Shown here in pieces: positions 32,901 through 38,268 of a stretch of 38,268 nt of DNA (position 1 is the first letter of the stretch; the number at the start of each line of letters is the position of its first letter). Location: NCBI GenBank assembly GCA_964496075.1, contig CAZBXB010000002.1, positions 1 through 38,268 on the forward strand. Reading direction: 5' to 3'. A program made the position numbers and the translations under genes. This stretch comes from an uncultured Gammaproteobacteria bacterium (GTDB taxonomy: Bacteria > Patescibacteriota > Microgenomatia > UBA12405). The notes under the pieces were generated by a model that was not told the origin of the DNA, did not search any database, and was given only the letters and a program-made list of their open reading frames with translations.

Positions 32901-33103
32901 GTAAAAGTTAGACAAAGAATGGAATGAGGTGGGGTATCTGACTTAAGCAAGATATTGGCGATACGCAAGGCTATGGTTTGGGTTTTACCGGTACCCGCTC
33001 CGGCAATAACCATAACCGGACCATCAATGGCGTCAACGGCAAGTTTCTGTTGTTTGTTGAGACGTAGGTATTCTTTTTGAAAGTTCTTTTTAAAATCGAC
33101 CAC
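29963..33103 (-). CDS. UvrD/Rep-family SF1 helicase fused to a C-terminal RecB/PD-(D/E)XK nuclease domain (AddA/AdnAB-like)
   Basis: The helicase motifs are AGAGTGKT, ILVDEFQDSN, VVGDDDQSIFRFQGA, NYRS, VHGAKGLEFDHVFV and YVALTRAKKQ. The nuclease motifs are GKIDKVE, VTDFKTGK and QILFYKLL, preceded by NCPHCFYY. Confidence 0.88.
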   Translation of the reverse strand: MVDFKKNFQKEYLRLNKQQKLAVDAIDGPVMVIAGAGTGKTQTIALRIANILLKSDTPPHSILCLTFTDNASFNMRQRLLSLIGPTAYSVQIHTFHSFCNMVIQSNPDKFKQTDLTSIEEIDKITIITKIIDKLPLNSPLKPRGAPYFYLSSIISAIQTLKREAFSPKSFFKLNLSHQRFIQTNQANYQQLKSLRSSKSLETNLLQILKNILENKHTNSSFKALFSSKYKLYQDAFYTSGKAKNPAINFKNDLLSVFDKVTKNLDKQTQLQLIYNSYQKQLKRLAYYDFDDMINFVISRFKKDPDFLRLYQEQIHYILVDEFQDSNNSQIKLLHLLSSYFDHPNLFVVGDDDQSIFRFQGASVENILSFYQKYKPLTFVLVNNYRSHQLILDSAHSLISKNQTQLTNLIKNIDKNLISQVDYDPDPINLFELASQLEEANLVATKIENLLKRGVNPSEIAVLYRQHADADLLASLLLQKNIKFSRSKHNCLKSDHLSHFIRILSAIADTTSNIFLYSLLSLPLFDISPLTLTKILHSLRSKHLDLVDYVYSQQLTSKKIKNIVKKIADCQVQSQNLPLNQLFVYILDQFSYLKYLSKKSDSFTANSDLYSLFSYLKSFEQSHPQSNLKNFVKRLNLLAQNNLSIPQANPTTQADQINLLTVHGAKGLEFDHVFVINCINGRWGNGRQTDKLALPFGIVKSKPIDDANQDDRRLFYVALTRAKKQIYLSFSNTNLIGRPQTPSQFIFEIDPKLIEAKATKSNIDKDLFNSILSVDKSHKFITTQNRDYLLSYLKNSYKFNITHLNSYLNCPHCFYYKTILKVPSVKTPSLSFGTAVHTSLAYLYLHPKSSLDSLYKVFKSVLENEFLTKSDYQSLLPQGQSLLKDYLKNHPDLTGDYKVEENFSSHNIHLDDIPLTGKIDKVEILPTKTGTKTDIIVTDFKTGKPDYATSKVAPRFDSKAGSYFRQILFYKLLLDLSPRFNYHLQKAAVEYVEPDKNGQFIEKVIEIKDEDVATLKVLIKDTYQAILGLKFPINPNCKDRDNLHNLI

Positions 33104-33106
33104 AGC

Positions 33107-34555
33107 CTATTTTAGTTTCTTTTCTAGTATAAGTCTAACTAATTGTGGATTGGCGGAGCCGGCGGAAAGCTTCATAACCTGACCAACTAAAAAGCCTATA
33201 ATGTTTGAGTTTCTTTGATAGTCAGCTTTAGCGTTGGGATTGTCTTGTAGAACTTTATCGACCATATCTTCTAATTTACCTGTGTCAGATACTTGCATTA
33301 GTCCCCCATCTTGGGCAATTTTGAGAGGGTCTTGGCCTGTTTGATAACTTTGTAAAAGAATATCTTTGGCGACAGTAAAAGAGATTTTATTATCGGTTTG
33401 GGCAGTGAATACGGAAGAAAAATAGTCCGGATTAATTTTGCCTGAATCAATTTCCTGACCTGATTCGTTTAAGTAAGCCGACAAACTACCTAAAAATATA
33501 TTGGCAACAAACTTGGCAAAATCTTTGTCGGTTGACTGACCCATAACTTTCTCAAAACTTTGGGTAAAACTAAAATCAGAGCAAAGACGAGTCGAGTCAT
33601 AATCGGATAGGTCATAATCTTTTTGGTATCTGGTTGTTTTTTGATCAGGTAGCTCGGGTAGTGTGTTTTTGAGCTGGTCAATTTCTGATTTAGAAAAAGC
33701 TATGGGTGGAATGTCCGGCTCGGGGAAATAACGATAGTCGGCACTACCTTCTTTGAGTCTCTGCAAGAAAGTTATACCTTTGTCGGCTGAAAAACCTCGA
33801 GTGGTCTTATTGGTGCTATTTTTGACTTGACCGGTTTTGTTAAATTCCTCAGACTGTCTTTTGATTTCATAATCAATAGCGTTTTGGGCGCCGGTTAGAG
33901 AGGCCACATTTTTGATTTCAACTAAGGGAGTGTGATAAATCTTGCCATCCTTTTCTATTTTTAAGTTGATGGTTGGTTCACAGCGCATGGAGCCTTTTTC
34001 AATGTCAGCATCGGAGACACCGAGATACCTGACAATTTGCTGGATTTGAGTAATATAGTTTTTAGCAAGAGTGGAAGAATCAATATCCGGCTCAGAGACG
34101 ATTTCGACTAATGGTACACCGCTTCGGTTGTAATCGATTAAGGTAACATTTTGGCCGTCTAAGGGTTGATGTTGAGATTTACCGGTATCTTCTTCCATAT
34201 GGGCTCGGTTGATACGAATAGTGTGGCCATCTATTTTGATGTGTCCATTGACGGCAAAAGGGGTTTGAAGCTGAGTTATTTGGTAGCCTTTGGGAAGATC
34301 GGGATAAAAATAGTTTTTACGTTCAAAAATGGCAGTCTTGGTAATAGAGCAGTTCAGAGCAAGACCAATTTTAATACAGGAAAGACAGGCAGTTTTATTT
34401 GGTACAGGTAGAGCGCCAGGTAGAGCCAGACAAACCGGACAAGTGTGGGTATTAGGGGCTACATGGAAATGAGAAGCTGAACAGCTACAAAACATTTTTT
34501 GAGTTGTATTTAGCTCGACGTGGACTTCAAGACCAATGATAGGTGTAATTTTCAT
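33107..34555 (-). CDS. gatB: Asp/Glu-tRNA amidotransferase subunit B
   Basis: The N-terminus is PIIGLEVHVELNT..KMFCSC. NRSGVPLVEIVSEPD and YFPEPDIPP are also present. Confidence 0.95.
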   Translation of the reverse strand: MKITPIIGLEVHVELNTTQKMFCSCSASHFHVAPNTHTCPVCLALPGALPVPNKTACLSCIKIGLALNCSITKTAIFERKNYFYPDLPKGYQITQLQTPFAVNGHIKIDGHTIRINRAHMEEDTGKSQHQPLDGQNVTLIDYNRSGVPLVEIVSEPDIDSSTLAKNYITQIQQIVRYLGVSDADIEKGSMRCEPTINLKIEKDGKIYHTPLVEIKNVASLTGAQNAIDYEIKRQSEEFNKTGQVKNSTNKTTRGFSADKGITFLQRLKEGSADYRYFPEPDIPPIAFSKSEIDQLKNTLPELPDQKTTRYQKDYDLSDYDSTRLCSDFSFTQSFEKVMGQSTDKDFAKFVANIFLGSLSAYLNESGQEIDSGKINPDYFSSVFTAQTDNKISFTVAKDILLQSYQTGQDPLKIAQDGGLMQVSDTGKLEDMVDKVLQDNPNAKADYQRNSNIIGFLVGQVMKLSAGSANPQLVRLILEKKLK

Positions 34556-34616
34556 AATCTAAAGAAATTTTCAAAAAAGGAAGGTTTTTTTTGATGTTTA
34601 CTAAATGGTGTAATAA

Positions 34617-36080
34617 TCATAATTTTGGTTTTTTAAGATGAAAATCGGTAATTTGCTGAAATTGATGGCCGACTGATAATAACCTGTCTTCGGTAAAATA
34701 ATTACCAATTAGCTGAAGACCGACAGGTAAACCCTTGCTATCAAGGCCACAGGGCAAACTTAGAGCTGGCAGGCCAGCTACATTAATTGGAACTGTCAAA
34801 ACATCGGCAAGATACATTTGGAGAGGGTCATTAACCTTCTGTCCTATTGGCCAAGCGGTAGTGGGAGAAACGGGGGCCAGCATAAGATCGACCTTTTTAA
34901 ATTCTTGTTGAAATTCTTGTTTGATTAGAGTTCTGACTTTACTGGCCTGAAGATAATAAGCATCGTAGTAGCCACTGCTTAGGAAATAAGTGCCTATTAG
35001 GATTCTTCTTTTAAGTTCTGGCTCCATGAACTTGCCTCTGGTTTTAAAATAAAGATCAACTAAATTGTCTGAGTCTTTGACTGATTGGCCAAACCTAAGG
35101 CCGTCATATCTGGCCATGTTAGCTGAAATTTCACAGGGTACCAATACATAATAAACGTCAATACCAAGATTGGTATTTGGTAGAGAAATGGGGATGATTT
35201 GGGCCCCCTGCTTTTCAAAGATTTTGATTGATTCTTCTGTCCTGGCTTTAACATCAGGCTCCACGCCTTCAAAATATTGCTTAGGAAGGCCGATTTTTAG
35301 ACCTTTTAAACTCACTTTGTTTAGTAAATTGGCATAATTGGGAACTTCGATTTGGCTTGAGGTAGCATCGAATGGATCGAAGCCGGCAGTTTGGGATAAA
35401 ACAGTGGCTAAATCCTGACAGTTAGAGGCAAAGGCACCGGGAGCATCAAAAGAAGAGGCCATGGCCGTAATACCATATCTTGAATTTCTACCGTAGGTAG
35501 GTTTAAGACCGGTAACACCACATAAAGATGCCGGCTGCCTAATAGATCCACCAGTATCAGTCCCAAGTGCAAAGGTACATAAGTCGCCAATTTGGGCAGC
35601 AGCTGAACCACCGGAAGAGCCACCGGGAACCATGGCAGTGTTCCAAGGGTTCTTTGTCGTAAAAAAACCTGAATTTTCAGTGCTGGCACCAAAAGCGAAA
35701 GTGTCGGTATTGGTTTTACCTAAAATTATGGCATCTTGATTCAGAAGTCTTTGATAGATAGTTGAAGAATATTGAGGGATATAATCTTTAAGAAGTTGAG
35801 AGCCGGCTGTTGTTTGAATATCTTTAGTAAGATATATGTCTTTGACTGCCATACAGGAACCAGCCAAGTTACCAAGTTTTTGACCTTTGGTAATTTTGTC
35901 ATCAATGGCCTGAGCTTGAAGTAGAGCTTCTGTTTCGGTGATAGTAATAAAGGCTTTTATTTTGGGATCAATTTGCTTGATTCTGGCTAGGTAGGCCTTG
36001 GCAAGGTCGGTGGCAGTAAATTCTTTTTTCAGTAAACTAAATCTAATTTGATTGATAGTAAGACTTGTAAGATCTATCAT
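34617..36080 (-). CDS. gatA: Glu-tRNA(Gln) amidotransferase subunit A
   Basis: The amidase signature GGSSGGSAAA...GTDTGGSIRQPA is present. The product is 487 aa. Confidence 0.95.
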   Translation of the reverse strand: MIDLTSLTINQIRFSLLKKEFTATDLAKAYLARIKQIDPKIKAFITITETEALLQAQAIDDKITKGQKLGNLAGSCMAVKDIYLTKDIQTTAGSQLLKDYIPQYSSTIYQRLLNQDAIILGKTNTDTFAFGASTENSGFFTTKNPWNTAMVPGGSSGGSAAAQIGDLCTFALGTDTGGSIRQPASLCGVTGLKPTYGRNSRYGITAMASSFDAPGAFASNCQDLATVLSQTAGFDPFDATSSQIEVPNYANLLNKVSLKGLKIGLPKQYFEGVEPDVKARTEESIKIFEKQGAQIIPISLPNTNLGIDVYYVLVPCEISANMARYDGLRFGQSVKDSDNLVDLYFKTRGKFMEPELKRRILIGTYFLSSGYYDAYYLQASKVRTLIKQEFQQEFKKVDLMLAPVSPTTAWPIGQKVNDPLQMYLADVLTVPINVAGLPALSLPCGLDSKGLPVGLQLIGNYFTEDRLLSVGHQFQQITDFHLKKPKL

Positions 36081-36373
36081 TTTTCAATACTGGCGGGAAC
36101 AACAATAAAATTCTTGTGAGTGGATCTAGCGGTAGATGTGGCCAGTTTGACAGGTAAATGATTTGGCTTATTTTGATTAAAGACATTTTTAGTATCGACG
36201 ACTTGAAAGGTGGGATCTACATTTTTAGTATCAACGTTGGCGATTCTATCTATATGTTTAACAACTTGTTCGATTTGATGGCTATAAGTGTCAATTTCAG
36301 TTGGACTTAGTTTGATCCTGGCAAGGTCGGCTATATGGCCCAAAAGTGATGTGTCAAATTTTGATTTTGCCAT
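36077..36373 (-). CDS. gatC: Asp/Glu-tRNA amidotransferase subunit C
   Basis: The 98-aa product lies directly upstream of gatA and overlaps it. HIADLARIKLSPTEIDTYSHQIEQVV is typical of GatC. Confidence 0.88.
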   Translation of the reverse strand: MAKSKFDTSLLGHIADLARIKLSPTEIDTYSHQIEQVVKHIDRIANVDTKNVDPTFQVVDTKNVFNQNKPNHLPVKLATSTARSTHKNFIVVPASIEK

Positions 36374-36379
36374 TTGAGT

Positions 36380-37429
36380 TTAGTATACACTAGCTTTTGA
36401 AAATAGAGCTTTGGCTCTTAAGATTTTCCATCTAAATTTGTCGACCAAATTGTATATTTTGTAAAAATTTGGATTTAAAACATAATCATAGGTACCAACA
36501 AATTGAACTAGTTGACCGCCAAAGCCTTGTTTAAACTTATGAAAGCCAAATCCATTTTCCGAAGCTTTAGCGTTCGGACCAAGACAGCCCCACATATCAA
36601 AAGTGGTACAAGCAAGCTTTTTACCAAGTAAGGTGGCTTGCCACATAGTAAGAGTGCTGGCCATGACATTTCGGTGTTTGTCTGAGCTGGCCCCATATGG
36701 ATAGAAAAACCTGTCTTTGATGGCAAAAAACATCATGGCGGTTAGTAACTTGCCCTGATAAGTGGTTAAAAGGATATGAATTAGGCCGGTTTTCTTCATA
36801 GTCTGCCATAATTTTTGATGGTAAGCCTTACTGTGAAGATAGAAACCCTGTCTTCTGGTAGTCTGCCATAAAAGATCCAGATATTTTTTAAAGCCGGCGT
36901 CAGTGTTATCCTCGACAACTTCGACATTGTGACGGTTGGCAACTCTGATGTTGTATCTGGTCTTAGAATGCATATCGGCTAAAAGCTGATCTTGTGACTT
37001 GGTCAAGTCGATAATGTAGCTGTGTGGAAAAAAGGCAACTTTGGGGGAAATAACGAGGTCGTTAAACTCCGGTAAAGGGTTGATATCGGTAGTTCTGCCC
37101 TCAGGGTCGATGTGTTTGGCGATTAGGTCCGGTTCGATTTTGATAAAAATGGCGTTTTCTTTTTGACCAATATTTTTAATATTGGCAAGCATGTCAGCAT
37201 CAATGGCCGGTCCCCTTTGAAGAACGCCGATGGTATATTTTGTGTGAGGAATGAGGTGAAAATTAATACTGTAGCCAGAAACTAATTTAGACTCGTCAAA
37301 GACACCAAGGCGATAAACTATATGACCTTGAGTTTTTAAAAAGTCTCCCCAAGCCCAGGTTTGGATAGGATGAGTCATAACAGCGTCATAAGCAGTAGCT
37401 TCTTCGTCGTAAAGTATGCGAGTAATCAT
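36380..37429 (-). CDS. FemAB-family aminoacyl-tRNA-dependent peptidoglycan peptide-bridge transferase (FemX-like)
   Basis: HPIQTWAWGDFLK, HSKTRYNIRVA, and FYPYGASSD..R..MAS...MW follow the FemAB pattern. Confidence 0.82.
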   Translation of the reverse strand: MITRILYDEEATAYDAVMTHPIQTWAWGDFLKTQGHIVYRLGVFDESKLVSGYSINFHLIPHTKYTIGVLQRGPAIDADMLANIKNIGQKENAIFIKIEPDLIAKHIDPEGRTTDINPLPEFNDLVISPKVAFFPHSYIIDLTKSQDQLLADMHSKTRYNIRVANRHNVEVVEDNTDAGFKKYLDLLWQTTRRQGFYLHSKAYHQKLWQTMKKTGLIHILLTTYQGKLLTAMMFFAIKDRFFYPYGASSDKHRNVMASTLTMWQATLLGKKLACTTFDMWGCLGPNAKASENGFGFHKFKQGFGGQLVQFVGTYDYVLNPNFYKIYNLVDKFRWKILRAKALFSKASVY

Positions 37430-37458
37430 AGATTTAGTTTAGATTAAAAACTTGTAAG

Positions 37459-38268
37459 TTAAAAGTCGGAGTCGTAGATTAGATCGTCGTCGGAGTTTTT
37501 TGGAGAGCGGTAGTCCCGAGTGATTTCAGAAGGTTCGTCTTGAACAAGTAAGTTTTTGGGGATGTCTGCCAAAAAGCGACTAGGTTCAGTTAAACTGGTT
37601 CTGCCAAAAAATAGTCTTTTTTGAGCCAGAGTAATATAGAGAAAATCTTTGGCTCGAGTGATACCAACATAACAAAGTCGTCGCTCTTCCTCAACACTGT
37701 CATCTTCCATAATACTTCTGGAATGAGGCAGAATACCTTCTTCAAAACCGACCAGAAATACCAAATCGAACTCCAAACCTTTACTACTATGAAGTGTCAT
37801 TAATCTGACACCGTTTTTGGTGTCTTCTTTTTTATTTTTTTCCTGAAGAGAATATTCTTGCTGGACCAAAGCCACATTTTCGAGAAAATCTAAAATATTT
37901 TGATGTTGCTGGGCAACAGATGTCAATTCTTTGATATTTTCAAGCCGGCGTCTATCCTCTTCGACTTTTAGATCAAACTTATCCAAATAGCCGGAGCTGG
38001 TGACTAGGCCTTCCAATATTTTAGTAGAGGTGAGTGATTCCATTTGAAAAGAATTTAGAAAGTTGTCAAAGTTGGCTTTACGTCTTTTACCAATGGCTTT
38101 TTCTACCCTATCTTGGGAGACTTTGTCCTGTCTGTCAATGGCGTATTTGACCATGGCAAGAACATCTTTGACTTCTTTTCTGTCGTAAAACTTGGTGCCA
38201 CCAATTAGAACATAAGGAATACCGTAGCGCAAAAATGCTTCTTCAATAACACGAGACTGAGCGTTCAT
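37459..38268 (-). CDS. UvrD/PcrA-type SF1 helicase, C-terminal ~269 codons; the 5' part lies beyond the window end
   Basis: YGIPYVLIGGTKFYDRKEVKD, LMTLHSSKGLEFDLVFLVG and RRLCYVGITRAKDFLY are helicase motifs IV-VI. The first M in the track is internal to the protein. Confidence 0.9.
   Translation of the reverse strand: MNAQSRVIEEAFLRYGIPYVLIGGTKFYDRKEVKDVLAMVKYAIDRQDKVSQDRVEKAIGKRRKANFDNFLNSFQMESLTSTKILEGLVTSSGYLDKFDLKVEEDRRRLENIKELTSVAQQHQNILDFLENVALVQQEYSLQEKNKKEDTKNGVRLMTLHSSKGLEFDLVFLVGFEEGILPHSRSIMEDDSVEEERRLCYVGITRAKDFLYITLAQKRLFFGRTSLTEPSRFLADIPKNLLVQDEPSEITRDYRSPKNSDDDLIYDSDF

Noticed and set aside
34556-34616. An A-run/T-run self-complementary stretch (caaaaaaaaccttccttttttg on the minus strand) in the gatA-gatB spacer as a possible terminator.
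   Set aside because: The pairing is A-U only and has negligible stability. It lies inside the gatCAB operon, where termination is not expected.
1-38268. A window-wide search for rRNA or tRNA genes, CRISPR repeats, transposase, integrase or recombinase genes, terminal inverted repeats, prophage genes and toxin-antitoxin pairs.
   Set aside because: None was found by eye. Every spacer is 145 nt or shorter except the 270-nt gap filled by the orphan ORF. None shows tRNA-like T-arm or acceptor features, and there are no regularly spaced direct repeats. All large ORFs have housekeeping identities.

Overview
The window is 38.3 kb, AT-rich and very gene-dense. About 33 of 36 coding regions lie on the minus strand, and the content is almost entirely core housekeeping. 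From right to left on the minus strand the order is: uvrD/pcrA-like helicase (3' part), femX-like transferase, gatC-gatA-gatB, an AddA/AdnAB-like helicase-nuclease fusion, rmuC, a small membrane ORF, hrcA-grpE-dnaK-dnaJ(class B), nusA-infB-(degenerate DHH-like)-rpsO-pnp, a protease-less Lon AAA+ module, RNase J, proS, ftsK, a rodZ-like gene, two small membrane genes, alaS, a 695-aa membrane protein, sortase, ruvX, a Zn-ribbon gene, mltG, a Cys-knot membrane protein and rpoB (5' part). Only three genes are on the plus strand: a MiaB-family enzyme, a sortase-substrate-like surface protein and an 83-aa orphan.

Several core proteins are truncated (AlaRS without C-Ala, IF2 starting at the G domain, short HrcA, DnaJ without a Zn finger, MiaB without TRAM). 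Together with the sortase, FemX and MltG genes and the use of TGA as a stop codon, this fits a reduced-genome Gram-positive-like bacterium such as a CPR/Patescibacteria (Microgenomates-like) lineage. That assignment is inference only.

I saw no rRNA, tRNA, CRISPR array, transposase or integrase, and no clear defence island. The main things worth a second look are:
- A systematic arrangement of a -10 box, 5-7 nt, then the start codon at nearly every operon head, which predicts leaderless mRNAs.
- ftsK is interrupted by a single in-frame TAA.
- A G+C-richer orphan ORF lies divergent from rmuC, next to the helicase-nuclease gene.
- A sortase is translationally coupled to a 695-aa bitopic protein, and a distant gene encodes an LPAVG-type sorting signal.
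- There is a Lon AAA+ module with no protease domain and a catalytically degenerate DHH-like protein.
- Terminator-like hairpins sit in the rpoB and nusA leaders, and the rpsO and pnp leaders are structured.

All homology calls come from reading motifs by eye. No database search was possible.
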